64,000 nt of DNA from Octopus sinensis (Eukaryota): contig NC_043012.1 in the NCBI RefSeq assembly GCF_006345805.1, positions 56,606,001 to 56,670,000 of the forward strand. The letters run 5' to 3'. The position numbers and the translations under genes are program-made. The notes under the pieces were generated by a model. That model saw only the letters and a list, made by a program, of their open reading frames with translations, did no database searches and had not been told where the DNA came from. Every line of letters starts with the position of its first letter. Positions within the stretch are counted from its first letter, which is position 1. This document shows positions 35,051 to 49,577 of this stretch, in pieces.

Positions 35051-35566
35051 TACCATAAATCCTCGAGTATAATCCGCATTTTCCCCCCAAAATTTAAAAG
35101 TCAAAATCCCTAGTGCGTACTATATACGAGGTTAAAAATGAAAAATATTTTCTAAGCAATGTCCGAATCTCTATTTGCTGTCCAGCAATGTTTATTCAGA
35201 CGCATTTTGTGATATCGGGTGCGAAATTACCTTAAGCTAAGCCTGAAAGCAATGAAGTCATAAAAGAATCATCCATAACTTGCAATAAGCAACATTTAGT
35301 AAATGTTATTACTGTTATTTCTTTATTTTCTGCAAAGAAAATGCACAAAAAAGCTACACGTTTGCATTATGTTATATATACAATAATAATAAAGTCCATT
35401 ACCATATACATTTTTACAAACTAAGGATGTTTTATAGCGCTCCTTGACTCAAGTTAGAGAAGGGGTGCGTATTATACACAAGGTTTAAGTTTTTCAGAGA
35501 TACAGCCCCCTAAAAATCCCCTGCGTATTATACTCAAGGGCAGACTATACTCCGGGATTTATGGTA
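35051..35566. mobile_element. Tc1/pogo-like MITE (TA flanks)
   Basis: TIRs taccataaatcctcgagtata / tatactccgggatttatggta, with internal sub-TIR gcgtattatac repeats. Confidence 0.75.
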
Positions 35567-36454
35567 TGTTAGTATAAGAGCTATTAACAGATTGCAAAAA
35601 CATAGCAGAGTATTTTTTTTATACCAGACAAGTTAAATCAAGGAAGATTAAGATTAACTACAGTTCTTAAAATTTACACAAGCAAACAGAAAAAAAAAAG
35701 ATGAATAAATACAATATAAATAAATTTTAATGTAAAATAACATTACTTATATTTCATACCAAGTTCATAATTTTTTTTTAAATTTGGAATCTAAATGTAT
35801 GCTTCAGTCATAAGTTTTCAGGTAGACACACTTTTATAAATATACCAAGTCACCTTTTTATAAATATACCAATAATATACAAGTTCATTAAACATACACA
35901 CAAAGATACATACATAGTCGTATCTTTTGATTAGTCACAAGGAAAATATTTGTAAAAGAATACCAACCTATCTGAGACTACTCTTGGTCTTGTGATATAA
36001 ATGCTTCGTTTTAAAGTGATTTTTAAATTAAAAGCTCCCTGTTGTAATTTAATGTTAATTTATGTTGCAAAGTACCAGCTTAACCCTTTCCTTACTGTAT
36101 TTATTTTGAGATGTTCTGTGATTCTTTCAATAACTTTAAATATACCAAAGAATTTAGTAAAATAACTTAGCTATCATTAAGCTAGTGTTAGGAACATAAA
36201 TTGTGACTAAGGTTTGGTGGACAATTTTAATTCAAAACTTATGAAAACAAGACATTTGTACTCAGAACCAGGGCCGGTTTCAGCCGGGTTGGTAACGAAA
36301 GGGTTGATAATGAGAAAGTTACTTCACTAAATTCTGCATCATTTGTAAAATTAATCAAAGTAAACATATAATGGAGAATTCATCCCACCAAGAAACAGCA
36401 GCATGGAGATTTCCTGCCAGTTTTCATCATTATAAGGGAATGGTGCTTGTGTTT

Positions 36455-36662
36455 TCAGGACATTCCTGGAAAGTTAAACAAGGACTTGCAAGTGACCTGT
36501 TGCTGTGGATGCCAAAGTAAGGCCATACTGGAGCAGGACATCTGAAAACAACGTATGTAGATCAACTCATCAGAGTCAATGGATACCTCTTCAAAGACTT
36601 CCCTCAACTAATGCAGGACCGAGATGGATGGCATGTGAGGGTCAAAAATGTCTGAGCAAGCT
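36455..36662 (+). mobile_element. RTE/RTE-X-like LINE C-terminal remnant
   Basis: Degenerate GHSWKVKQ.LASDLLLW.PK.GH..AG..KTTYVDQL....QLMQDRDGW..RV resembles a LINE ORF2 C-terminus. Confidence 0.55.
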
Positions 36663-38545
36663 ATTCAATTCCAGTATATTACTGGTATGTATTTCTTTAA
36701 GACCCTGCCATCACAGTGGTGGAACAGGAGAAACAACTCTTAACAGGATTTAAACTCTATGAATGTAAACCATGTGATTAATGATAATAATAATATGCCC
36801 TGATGCAGTACCAGGCACTGGCTCACATGGTTTCTGATCTTAACTGATTGGAAGTGTTATCAGGTACATGTTTTGTCTTGGTATACAAGATGGGCTACAA
36901 CAAATATTCTGCTCAGTACCACAGATTTGCTTGTCAGTTGTTTGACTTTAAGCAGTTGAGCACAAGCTCAAGTAGATGGGGAGCATCATAGCCATGTGTT
37001 GAGAGGAGTTCTTTAGGGCTTGAATAATTCACCTCTGGAGACGTGTGTTTCACTCAACATCCTTAAACAAGCCTTATTCAGGGACCTTTTGAGTGGGATG
37101 GGTGACTCAACCTGAAGAAAATTCTAACTGGGCCCCACCTGCAAGGTTAAGCGCTCTTTATCTTGATATGAGATCACTATGTCGCGCACATGTGGTTGTG
37201 ATGCATGGTGCCTGGTGTACTCTTATCAGATGGGTAGCTATGATGGTTATATTGGGCTTCGTATATTTTACTCCAGTGTCACTTTGTTGGCATGCGCTGC
37301 TCAATAATAATAATGAAATATCTCACTCGATAATAATAATGAAATTATTCCGTACAGTGTTCAGGTGCACTACAAGTTTTGTCAAAACTAATATTTCTAC
37401 TAAAGTGAAAATAAGTGAAAAAAATCTTCAGCGTCTATATAGAGAAACAACATAAGCAATGCCATTGATCTGAAACTTGAGAATGAATGTGTGTTTAGTG
37501 GAGGATTGTCAAATATTTGCAAAACAAGCATAGCTACTGTGTCTGCTAAAAATATCATTTACAGATTTTCTAAATACTTTTGCATACTTTAGCAATGGGA
37601 TACAAATTCATAATAATTTTTAGCCTTTCCATTCAGCAGTAATTGCTTTTACGAGTAATTTTAATTTATTTTCTGTTTTTGTGTGTTTTTTTTTTAAATA
37701 TAGCATATTCTTTTATTCTTTTACTTGTTTCAATCATTTGATTGTGGCCATGCTGGAGCACTGCATCAAAGGGTTTTAGTTGAAGAAATCGAGCCCAGGA
37801 CTTATTCTTTGTAAGCCTAGTACTTATTCTATTGGTCTTTTTTGCCAAACCACTAAGTTATGGGGACATAAACACATCAGCATTGATTGTCAAGCAATGG
37901 TGGGATGGAGGAAGAAACAGACACACACATAAATACATACATACACACACACATATATATATATGTGTGTGTGTGTGTGTGCACAATGGGCTTGTTTCAC
38001 TCACAAGGCTTTGGTTGGCCCAAAGCTATAATAGAAGACACTTGCTCAAGGTGTCACATAGTGGGAATGAACATGGAACCATGTGGTTGGAAAGCAAGCT
38101 TCTTACCACACAGCTATGAAGGTTATTCTTTTTTTGTCTGGATTCAGTAATTGAACTGTGGCCATGCTGGAGCACTGCCTTTAAATTTCAGTTTGCACTG
38201 AATCCTCATAACCTTAGACAGAACTAATAGTTAATGTAGTTTTACTTTTCCCTTGACCCATAGCTACACTGAATATCATCTATACCAACTGCAACAGCAT
38301 GTCTCTTACTTCTTATCTATTCCAAACACATTCAAATATTAGTTTTTATTATAACAATTTTATCAGCAGAAGGAGTTTATTCAGTCTCAAAGGCTTACAC
38401 TGAGAGTTTTAAGTACTAGATTAAAAGAGAGCGAGAAGGAAAAAAAAAGTAGGACTCTTATCTAATGCACAAATACTAGGTTTTTTGGACAAACACATCA
38501 TTATCATCATAATCATTATTTTTAATGTTCACTTTTTCCGCTGGA

Positions 38546-39400
38546 TGTGTAATGTCAGCATGTATACATGACAGAGTGTAAGTGCCCTGAGAGAAAAGTT
38601 GGACACGAGAAGCATCAGATGTGGTGTGCAAGAGAGACGACTGTGCAGGTATGGTCATATGTTGCAAATGGATGAGAACATCTGTGTGAAAAAGTGTCAC
38701 ACCCTAGCAGTTTTGGAACCTGTGGAAGAGGTAGACCCAGGAAAACCTGGGACGAGGTGATGAAGCATGACCTTCAAACATTGCGCCTCTCCGAGGCAAT
38801 GACAAGTGACTGAGACCTTTGGAGATATGCAGTACTTGAGAAGACCCAGAAAGCCAAGTGAGACCATCACTGTAGCTTATGCCAGTGCTTCATGACCAGC
38901 CCATTTCAGAGTACTCTTCAAATATTGGGCAATAATCTCTGCTTGTGAAGACCTGTTGAGGCAAGTGAAATAATTGTCATGGCCAATGACAGTACTGCTT
39001 GACTGGCACATGTGCCAGTGGAACATTAAAAGCACCATTTGAGCATGATCATTGTCAGTGCTGCCTGACTGTCTCCTGTGTTGGTGGCACGTAAAAAGCA
39101 CCATTCGAGTGTGGTCATTGCCAGCATTGCCTGATTGGCTCCTGTACAGGTGGCACGTAAAAATCACCATTTCAGTGTGGTCAATGCCAGTACCGCCTGA
39201 CTGGCCCTTGTTCCGGTGGCACGTTAAAGCACCCAATACACTCTCGGAGTGGTTGGCATTAGGAAGAGCATCCAGCTGTAGAAACTTTGCCAGATCAGAT
39301 TGGAGCCTGGTGCAGCCTTCTGGCTCACAAGCCCTCAGTCAAACTGTCCAACCCATGCCAGCAAAGAAAGTGGATGTTAAACGACAACGATGATGATGAT
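38546..39400 (+). mobile_element. RTE-type LINE 3' fragment (degenerate RT C-terminus + 3' UTR tandem array + (ATG)n tail)
   Basis: Degenerate translation ..REKLDTRSIRCGVQERRL..YGHM..MDEN..GTCGRGRPRKTWDEV..DL..DLWRYAVLEK is typical of the RTE C-terminus. It continues into the gtggcacgtaaaaagcacc array and the aacga(c)..gatgatg tail. Confidence 0.8.
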
Positions 39401-40925
39401 GACTTTTCCATGCTTACATGGGTCAGACAGAATATGTTGTGGTAGATTTTCTACAGCTGGATGCTCTTTCTGTTGCCAACCCTCATTTGTTTCCAAGTAA
39501 GGTAACATTTTCTCATGACAGGACATGTTTTCATGGAAGACTGGAAACAACACAACCTGTATGATGATGATACTCATCTACAACAACCATGTGATATCAA
39601 GATGAAGAAGTGCAATAACACATACACACACACATCACTCTATGTGTGTGTGCATGCATGTGATTTGTTTCAGTCATCAAACTGTGGCCATGCTGGGGCA
39701 CTGCCTTGAAGGGTTTTAGTTGAATGAATCAACTCCAGTACTTAAATTTGTAAAAGCTTGGTACTTATTCAATCAGTCTCTTTTGCTGAACTGCTATGTC
39801 ACAAGGCCATAAGCAAACCAATACCAACTGTTAAGCAGTGGTGGGTGGGCAAGCACAAATACACACACACACACACACATATATCAAGCTTTCTTTTTTA
39901 GCGTCTTACCTACCAAATCTACTCACAAGGCATTGGTCACTTATTTCTTATTTCTTTACTGCCCACAAGGGGCTACATGCAGAGAGGACAAACAAGGACA
40001 GACAAAGGGATTAAGTCGATTATATTGACCCAGTGCATAACTGGTACTTATTTAATCAACCCTGAAAGGATGAAATGCAAAGTCGACCATGGCAGAATTT
40101 GAACTCAGAACATAACGGCAGACGAAATATTGCTATACATTTCGTCCAGTATGCTAACGTTTCTGCCAGCTCACTGCCTTGGTCACTTGGTCAACCTAGG
40201 GCTATAGTTGGAAACACTTGTTCAAGGTGCCATGCAGTGGGGCTGAACCCAACACCACGTGGTTGGGAAGCAAACTTCTCAACCAAACAGCCATGCCTGC
40301 ACCGCATGGCTTTAAAAATTCTTATTAATGGCTTACTTCTTTGAGGACTACCAAGGTCTCAAACATGGTATTGATGTTATTGGTGAGGGTTACTGCCACA
40401 CCCTTTTACTAGCATAAGGTGGAAGAGAGATGTATGTCTTCCTGGAATAGGAAATCACTAGCACTATTGATTCTCTTAAAGAACTAATGAGCCTCTATAT
40501 AGTCACTTGATGTATTAGAAACAACAAGCAAATCTTCCTCGGGTCATACACACCCTAAGATCCTCTAAAAAAAAAAAAAAAGAATAGAAAGGAAGTACAA
40601 ACTGGATAATGTAGCCATGGGCTATACTTATGCTTGAATAAAAATAAGATACCAAGGAGTGAAGTACCTTTGATAACTAAGCTGAGGAGGAGGGGAGGAG
40701 GAAAAAGAGAAAGAAGAGAAGGAAGGAGGAGGAGGAGAAAATAATGATGATGATGATGATCAAATCTACCTATACTAACAACAAAGAGCTAAACACTATC
40801 AAGGTCCAGTTGAATTACAGAGACATAATATCAACATAATGAGACAAAAGAATTAAAGTAGAAACACAAACAAACAAACAAAAAAGCTTCAAAATGTTTG
40901 AATGGAGTTAATTTGAAATACAAAC

Positions 40926-41038
40926 CTTTACCCAAAAATGGCATAGTACTAGTAATGTCATTAGTATTTTCTCAATGATCATAACTAGAATGTAGAGACC
41001 ACACTGACCTATCCAAGCATTGCATTGCGGTGGTCTTC
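40926..41038 (-). CDS. STIMATE: STIMATE internal exon
   Basis: ctcttgcag| (G)RPPQCNAWIGQCGLYILVMIIEKILMTLLVLCHFWVK |GTTTGT; matches human [23 protein letters not shown]. 113 nt. Confidence 0.93.
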
Positions 41039-41267
41039 CTGCAAGAGAAAGAAAAATAGAGAGATAAGAAAAAAGAGATATGGAAAATAGTATGTTTTTC
41101 TATCAAATGTACATTAACAAAATGATAGGTAGGTTAGACGACAGGTTAACATAAAATTTCTTAGCTTCTTCCATTACATTGATGTTAATATACAAAAGAA
41201 CACATTTATTATGAAAGGAAAAAACAGTGTCTTAATTACAAATGGATGTTTAAATTTTATATAGATA

Positions 41268-41673
41268 TAGGCGCAGGAGTGGCTGTGTGGTAAGTAGCTT
41301 GTTTACCAACCACATGGTTCCGGGTTCAGTCCCACTGCGTGGCATCTTGGGCAAGTGTCTTCTGCTATAGCCTCGGGCCGACCAATGCCTTGTGAGTGGA
41401 TTTGGTAGACAGAAACTGAAAGAAGCCTGTCGTATATATGTATATATATATAAGTATGTGTGTATATGTTTGTGTGTCTGTGTTTGTCCCCCTAGCATTG
41501 CTTGACAACCGATGCTGGTGTGTTTACGTCCCCCGTCACTTAGCAGTTCGGCAAAAGAGACTGATAGAATAGGTCCTGGGCTTACAAAGAATAAGTCCCG
41601 GGGTCGATTTGCTCGACTAAAGGCGGTGCTCCAGCATGGCCGCAGTCAAATGACTGAAACAAGTAAAAGAGTA
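41268..41673 (+). mobile_element. Octopus-type tRNA-derived SINE, family A (full-length copy)
   Basis: Head ggcgcaggagtggctgtgtggtaagtagc..ggttcagtccc, central (TA)/(TG) tract, tail gactgaaacaagtaaaagagta. Near-identical blocks recur many times in the window. Confidence 0.9.
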
Positions 41674-42339
41674 TACCCTGTTTTAATTATTGTTTCATTA
41701 AATTTCTTTTTTTTTGCACTTATTCTATGTAAATATTTGTGTACTGTTTGTACATTTTTAATTTATCCAATTGCATTTCAGTTATATTTTGTATAACATT
41801 TTTCAACTTTCTCCTTGCTTTTATTAGTATGTCAGACAAAGTGCTTAGCTGCATTTCTTATGGATCCTTATGTTCTGAGTTCAAATTCCTGAAGGTTGAC
41901 TTTGCCTTTTATCCTTTTGGAGTCAATAAAATAAGTAGCAGTTCAGTACTGACATTAATGTAAGCAACTATCCCCCTCCGTTATAACTGCTGGCCTGGCA
42001 CCGAAATTTGAAACCATTATTATTAGTATCATGACAAGTGCTGTCATTTGTTTCCACTCTTCTATGAAAACATGTTTGGCCATGAGAAAATATTACCTTG
42101 TTTGAAAACAGGTGAAGGATTGGTGACAGGAATGGCATCTGGCCACTAGAAATTTGCTTCTAGTAAATTCTGTCTGAAAAGTGGACATTAAATGGCAACA
42201 AGGGTGAGAGGATATCCATTCAACCCTGCCATTCTTATTGTTCTCATCAATATTTTAAACTTGAGAAACTGGTTTTCTCAAATGCCTTGGAGGCTCTTTA
42301 GAGGTTGTGGATAATTTCTACTACCTAGAGGACCTAATT

Positions 42340-43080
42340 AGTAGAGGGGGAGGATGCATGGAAAGTGCAAATGTTAGAATAAGAATAGGAGGAGGAAATT
42401 CAGAGAGAGTCTACCATTGTTGGCAACCAAAGGTCTCTCACTCTCTGAGTGAAAGTAAGATTGTATGACACATGTATATAAACAGCAATGCTACGTGGTA
42501 GTGAGACATGGACCCTGAAAGCTGAGGATATGCAAAGACTAGAAAAAAATGAAACTAGAATGCTCTGCTGGGTGTGCAATGTCTGTATATGCGTGATGGA
42601 GTGCTACTGTATTGAGAGGAATTAAAAGGAATTAGATGTCGTGTGTAAGAGAGAAAACTGTGTTGGTTTGGTCATGTGATGTGTATGAATGTAGACAGAA
42701 GTGCTGATTGATTATTTAGAATAGATAGTACTCATGGAAAAGGGAGACCCAGGAAGACATGAGGTGAAAGCTGATCTCAAGACAGTGAGCCTTATGAAAA
42801 AGATGATAAAAGACTGAAACATTTGGCACCTTGCTGAATTCATGAAGGCCTATCCACCACAGCAAAATTGATACTGGTGCTGGTGTCACATAAAAAATCA
42901 CTGGTGATGGTTCCACATAAAAAGCACCCAATACACTCTGTGAAGTGGCTGGTGATAGGAAGGATATCCAGCTGTAGAAACCACGCCAGAACAGAAAATG
43001 AATCCTGGTGTGGCCCTCCAGGCTTTGTCAGCTCCTGTCAACCCATACCAGCATGGAAGACAGAGGTTAAATGATGATTT
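42340..43080 (+). mobile_element. RTE-type LINE 3' fragment
   Basis: Degenerate GGGCMESANVRIRIG..LPLLATKGLS..LYDTCI..AML.GSETWTLKAEDMQRLEKNETRMLCWVCNV, followed by the same 3' tail family. Confidence 0.75.
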
Positions 43081-44805
43081 CAAACATACAAGAAGGAAGC
43101 ATCTCATGACAATTTCAAACAACAAATATTCACATACTGAATTTAGGGAAGATATGTATTTAAACTTTCATCATAACAAAATCTGTTTCCTTGCTCTAAT
43201 TAGTTCCACTTAACTTAATTGTACCAACTTAAAGATTCGAAACAAAAAGGTCAGATGTCAAATGAAACAGTAAAGCTAAGAGGACTGAGGTTGGTGGCTT
43301 TCATTATATACATATATATATATATACCACTTACATATTTTAGATATTCCTATGACAAAGAATATCTAGTTACAACTGTGCGTGAGTGTACATACAAAAT
43401 ACATGTATGTGTATGTATGAGTATATATATATATATACATATATATAAAATGTATGAATACACATACAAACATATATGTGTATGAAGGTTTATGTTTATG
43501 CGAGGTTTTATTTAAAAACAGTTTAACATTAAATGAAGGATCACTCAATGCCTTTTTGGCAGAGTACATGTTTATTAATTTTTACAAGAGAAGCGTAGAT
43601 AGTGACTTTGCAGTTTAGGTTAATTAGCAATTATCAGTTTGTGTTTCACTTTGATTTTTTTTTTCAGGCTTATACACACACACACACACACACACACTTT
43701 AATACAACTACTTACTGAACTGTAATACTGGAAATAAGCAAATGTGCTTCAAGAGGCCACAGCTTAGATTTTACCCTACCAACATAATACATACACACAC
43801 ACACACAAATGCTTTTGTTTGTGACTGAGTATCCTTTGGCAGGTGAAGTAATGTAAATGAAAATTCATTCTTGAATGTGGCGCCTCAGCATGGCTGTAAT
43901 CTAATGATGGAGATCAGTAAAAGAATAATGATGTATGTGTATATGTGTTTAAATATATATATATATACTTACAAAAGTGTATATGCTTGTGAGCTTGGAT
44001 AATATATACATTCATATTTTGTAAGATATGTCTAAGATTCCTCTCTTCCATTTTATTTTGAATTTCATTTTAAGTGCTTTTAGTCAGAAATACCTTGTAT
44101 TTAGATGAATTGAGGTGTGTATTGTGAAGTACATGTATATGTACTGCTTGACGCCTGACCTATAGTAGACACTAAGTGAGGTTTACTACTGAGGAGGCAA
44201 CAACAATGCTGAAACACTATCAGTCTCTTTTGCCAAACCACTAAGTTATGGGAGTTGTAAACACACCAATGGCAGTTGTGAAGCAAAGGCTGGGGGGGAA
44301 AACACAGACACAAATACATACATACACACACACACACACACATGTACATACTTACATACATACATACAACGGGCTTCTTTCAGTTTCTGTCTACCAAAGG
44401 AGACACGTGCCCAAAGTACCACACAGTGGGACTGAACCTGGAACCATGTGGTTGGGAAACAAGCTTCTTACCACACAGCCACTTCAGCACCTATATTCTT
44501 TTACTTGTTTCAGTCATTTAACTGCAGTCATGCTGGAGCACCACCTTTAGTTGAGCAAATTGATCCCAGGACTTATTCTTTATAAGCCTAGAACTTATTC
44601 TGTCAGTCTCTTTTGCCAAACCGCTATGTTACAGGGACATAAACACACCAGCATCGGTTGTTAAGCGATGTTGGGGGAACAAACACAGACACACAAACAT
44701 ATACACACAAATACATATATATACAATGGGCTTCTTTCAGTTTCCATCTACCAAATTCACTCTCAAAGCTTTGGTCGGCCTGAGGCCATAGTAGGAGAGA
44801 CTTGC

Positions 44806-44898
44806 CCAAGGGGCCACGCAGATTGAACCTGGAACCCCAAGGTGTCATGCAGATTGAACCCGGAACCCCAAGGTGTCATGCAGATTGAACCCGGAACC
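44806..44898 (+). repeat. 3 x 31-bp tandem duplication inside a SINE head
   Basis: ccaagg starts at 44806, 44837 and 44868. Confidence 0.9.
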
Positions 44899-45003
44899 CA
44901 GAACCATGTGGTTTTGTTAAAATACTATACCTTTGGTATTTGAGTACTCTTTTTTCCACCTTGTTTCACATTTATGTGCTTACTCTGGTGTGTATGTGTG
45001 TGT

Positions 45004-45333
45004 GAAGGCACATGGCTCAGTGGTTTGAGTGTTGAGTTTACGATCGTGAGGTTGTGAGCTTGAATCCCAGACCGGGCTGCGTGTTGTGTTCTTGAGCAAG
45101 ACACTTTATTTCACTCAGTTCACTCAGCTGTAGAAATGAGTTGCAACGTCACAGGTGCCAAGCTGTATCAGCCTTTGCCTTTCCCTTGGATAACATTGGT
45201 GGCCTGGAGAGAGGAGGCCGGTATGCATGGGCGACTGCTGGTCTTCCATAAACTACCTGGCCCGGACCTGTGCCTTAGAGGGTAACTTTCTAGGTGCAAT
45301 CCCATGGTCTGTGTTGTGACTGAAGGGGGTCTC
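45004..45333 (+). mobile_element. tRNA-derived SINE family D
   Basis: Aligns end to end with 15992-16323. Confidence 0.85.
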
Positions 45334-46494
45334 AGAATATTTATATATATATATATATATATGATGAACTTTCCTGTTGATGGTGACATGTAAGCGCTCA
45401 GATTCTTTTGCAGAATGACCTGTACAAATTATTTGATTATAGTGATCACATGTTCATGCCACATATTAGCCTCCTCCCTCAATCAAATCAACATTGCCAG
45501 AACAGGTGCATGGTGTGCCACGTGTCAGGTGTCAAAGTGATCGCAGAGTAACGTGAGATGAAGTTTTGTTCAGGAACACAATGTACCACCTAGTCTAGGA
45601 ATTGAAATCACAGTTGCTAGATCATGAGAGCAATACCCTAACCACTAAGCCATACGCCCTCACACACACAAATATATATTCATAGATAGACATCAACATC
45701 AAAAATCAAATGGAAATTGTAGTTGTGATCCCTGTACCGGTGACACGTAAAAGCACCATCCAAACGTGACCGATGCCAGCGCCGCCTTGACTGGCTTCCG
45801 TGCCGGTGGCATGTAAAAAGCACCAACCGATCGTGGCCGTTGCTAGTCTCGCCTGGCACCTGTGCCAGTGGCACGTAAAAAGCACCCACTACACTCACGG
45901 AGTGGTTGGTGTTAGGAAGGGTATCCAGCTGTAGAAACACTGCCAGATCAGACCGGAGCCCGGTGCAGCCTCCTGGTTTCCAAGATCCCAGTTGAACCGT
46001 CCAACCCATGCTAGCATGGAAAACGGACGTTAATAGATGATGATGATGATGATGATGAGACAGGCAAATAGATAGATAAATACACACACATAGAATATCT
46101 GTGATAGGAACCTGAGTAATTTCTATTATAAATATAAGCACAACAACACAGAAGCCATTGCACTGTGTGTGTGTGTACACATCTCTCGGACATTTATCTA
46201 TTGTATGAATGTATGACTAAAACACAATAGCATCTAAGTCATTTTTTCCAAAGTGCAAAGCGATTCTGTCCTTAATCTTAATCTGAGCAGATTAAACTCA
46301 GATTGGATAAATATTACACATATCCTATGTAAACCAAGTTTTTCTTTCTAATGTTTTGCTGTCAATGAATAGGTGCAGGCATGGATAAGTGAGTCAAGGA
46401 GTCCATTCTGCATGGGTGCAGGTTTATTACCAGTGCATTGTATTTTGAGCAAGTATACAGTTTGCTATGTTGTTCTTCTCAGGTCAACCAATGC

Positions 46495-46496
<2 letters not shown>

Positions 46497-46532
<36 letters not shown>

Positions 46533-46596
46533 TGTGTGAGTGTGTGAGTGAGTGAGTGAGTGAGTGAGGAGTGAGTGAGTGAGTGAGTGAGTGAGT

Positions 46597-46661
<65 letters not shown>
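46497..46661 (+). repeat. Compound microsatellite (TG)n-(GAGT)n-(GA)n
   Basis: Directly visible; graded transition between units. Confidence 0.95.
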
Positions 46662-46668
<7 letters not shown>

Positions 46669-46842
46669 CTTTAATCTTTTACTTGTTTCAGTTATTGGAC
46701 TGCAGCCATGCTGGGGGACTGCCTTGAAGGGGTTGTTTTAGTTGGACAAATCAGTCCCAGCAGCAGCACCCATTCTACCATCCACCATCAATAATAATAA
46801 ATAACAATTAACTACAACAACAACAATAATAATAATAATAAT

Positions 46843-46873
<31 letters not shown>

Positions 46874-47587
46874 GTTTAACATCCGTTTTCCATGCTAGCA
46901 TGGGTTGGATTGTTCGACCGGGGTCTGGGAAGCCAGGAGGCTGCACCAGGTTTCAGTCTGATCTGGCAGTGTTTCTACAGCTGGATGCCCTTCCTAACAC
47001 CAACCACTCCGTGAGTTTAGTGGGTGCTTTTTACGTGCCACCGGCATGGAAGACAGTAAAGGCAGCGCTGGCATCGGCCATGTTCGGATGGTGCTTTTTA
47101 TGTGCCACCGGCACAGGTAGTAATAATAATAATAATAATCCTTTCTACTATAGGCACAAGGCCTGGATTTTTGTGGGGAGAAGGACAATCGATCTCAACA
47201 ACCCCAGTACTTGACTGGTACTTAATTTATCAACCCTGAAAGGACGAAAGGCTAAGTCAACCTCAGCAGAATTTGAACTCAGAATGTAAAGATGAATGAA
47301 ATGCCACTAAGCATTTTGTCCGGCATGCTAACGATTCTGCCAGCTTGCTGCCTTAATAATAATCCTTTCTACTGTAGGTATAAGGCCTGAAATTTAGGTG
47401 GGGTGGGGGCAGTTGATTACATCAACTTCAGTGTTTCACTAGTACTTAATTTATCAACTCTGAAAGGATGGAAGGCAAAGTTGACCTCAGCAGAATTTGA
47501 ACTCAGAATGTAAAGCCTGATGAAATGCCGCTAAGCATTTCATCCAGCATGCTAACAATTTTGCCAGCTTACCACCTAAATAATAAC

Positions 47588-47634
<47 letters not shown>

Positions 47635-47956
47635 TCTCAAGTTTTGGCATGAGGTTAGCAATTTGAGGGGAGGGGGTAAGTTGGTTACATTGACCTCAAT
47701 GTTCAACTGGTATTTTTTTTACCAGCCTCGAAAGGATGAAAGGCAAAGTGAACTTTGGTGGAATTAGAACACAGGACGTAAAGATGGACGAAATGCCAAA
47801 AATCATTTTGCCTGGCATACAAATGATTCTGCCAGCTCACTACCTTAAAAATAATAATAATAATAATGATAATGATGATGATGATGATGATGATGGTGGT
47901 GGTGATGGTGATGATGATGATGATGATGAAAATAAAACAACAAAAATAATATTTAC

Positions 47957-48078
47957 CATATTCTCCAAAACGTAAACTCTCCCATCCTTTCCGAAGAGCA
48001 AGCCATTGGCCAATTTTAAGCCCTATGTATATCACAAGTAAACCCACTGTGGAGTCAAGCAAAAAACTAACAAAATAC
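47957..48078 (-). CDS. STIMATE: STIMATE internal exon
   Basis: tttccag|G YFVSFLLDSTVGLLVIYIGLKIGQWLALRKGWESLRFGEY G|GTAAAT; WESLRFGEYG is identical to human. 122 nt. Confidence 0.95.
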
Positions 48079-48905
48079 CTGGAAATAGAATGAAAACAAA
48101 CAATTAAAAAACAGTACAAAAACACAAAAACCAACAAAGAAAACAAACAGCTCCCATCCATTCTGAACTGGTCTTTGAGTACCATTTGTAAAGTTCCCTC
48201 TATCATAATTATTTAAACAAAACCTACCCAGCCACAACAGGTGATCTCTTGAATAATGACTTTTTGTTTGATAAAGACTGTAGTGTGTAAGTTTGAGAAT
48301 TGGCTGCTATTTCTAGCTGACTGAGCAACTATGTAATAGAGGTTCCTTCGCCAGTTCAATGAATATAGTATTAATGTGGTCCAGGGAACACTCTTCTGGG
48401 GAGTAGGGAGAAACGGAGTGGATGATCAGGGTCTGAATGAGGCAGAGGTTTGGGTGTGTGGTTAAGAAGCTTGCTTTGCAACCACATGGACTTAGGTTCA
48501 TTCCCAAAGCATGGCATCATGGGTAAGTGTCTTCTACTATAGCCCTGGGCCAATCAAGCTTGTGAGTGAATTTGGTAGACAGAAACTGAGTAGAAGCTTG
48601 TTGCGTGTGTGTGTGTGTATATAGGTGTGTGTGTGTGTGCATGAGAGGAGGAAAGAGAGTTTGTGTCTGTTTGCCACTCCACCCATGTTTGACAACTGAT
48701 GTTGGTTTGTTTACATCCCTGGAACTCAGCAGTTCAGCTAAAGGGCTCAACAGAATAAGTACAAGACCTTAAAAAAAAATAATTAAATACTGGGATCAAT
48801 TTGTTTGACTAAACTTTTCAAGGCTGGGCCACAGCAGGATCGCAGTCCAAGCGATGAAACAAGTGTGTATGTATATGTGTGTGTGTGTGTATGTATATAT
48901 GTGTG

Positions 48906-48941
<36 letters not shown>

Positions 48942-48956
48942 AGTGTGTATGTGTGT

Positions 48957-49217
48957 GGAGGTGCAATGGCCCAGTGGTTAGGGTAGACTCGCGGTCGTAG
49001 GATCGCGGTTTCGATTCCCAGACCAGGCGTTGTGTGTTTTTATTGAGCGAAAACACCTAAAAGCTCCACGAAGCTCCAGCAGGGGGTGGTGATCCCTGCT
49101 GTACTCTTTCTCTCACTCTTTCGTCTGTTGGCCTGCTCGCTTAGCCAGCGGGGTGGCGTCATTCAAAGGCTAAAACAATGCAAACGCATTGTGACCAGTG
49201 ATGTGTAGCAATATCTG
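48957..49217 (+). mobile_element. tRNA-derived SINE family E
   Basis: ggaggtgcaatggcccagtggttaggg..ggtttcgattcccagacc..ttattgagcgaaaacacctaaaag; reverse-complement copy near 30290-30590. Confidence 0.75.
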
Positions 49218-49237
49218 ATGGTCTGGTCGGTCACGTG

Positions 49238-49271
<34 letters not shown>

Positions 49272-49295
49272 TCAGTAAAACAACATATATATATA

Positions 49296-49512
49296 TACTC
49301 TTTTACTTGTTTCAGTCATGTGACTGTGGCCATGCTGGAGCACCGCCTTTAGTCAATCAAATCGAACCCAGGACTTATTCCTTGTAAGCCTAGTACTTAT
49401 TCTATCGGTCTAGTATGCTGAACTGCTAAGTTACGGGGACGTAAACACACCAGCATTGGTTGTCAAGCGATGTTGGGGGGACAAACACAGACAAACATAC
49501 ACACAGACATAG

Positions 49513-49577
<65 letters not shown>

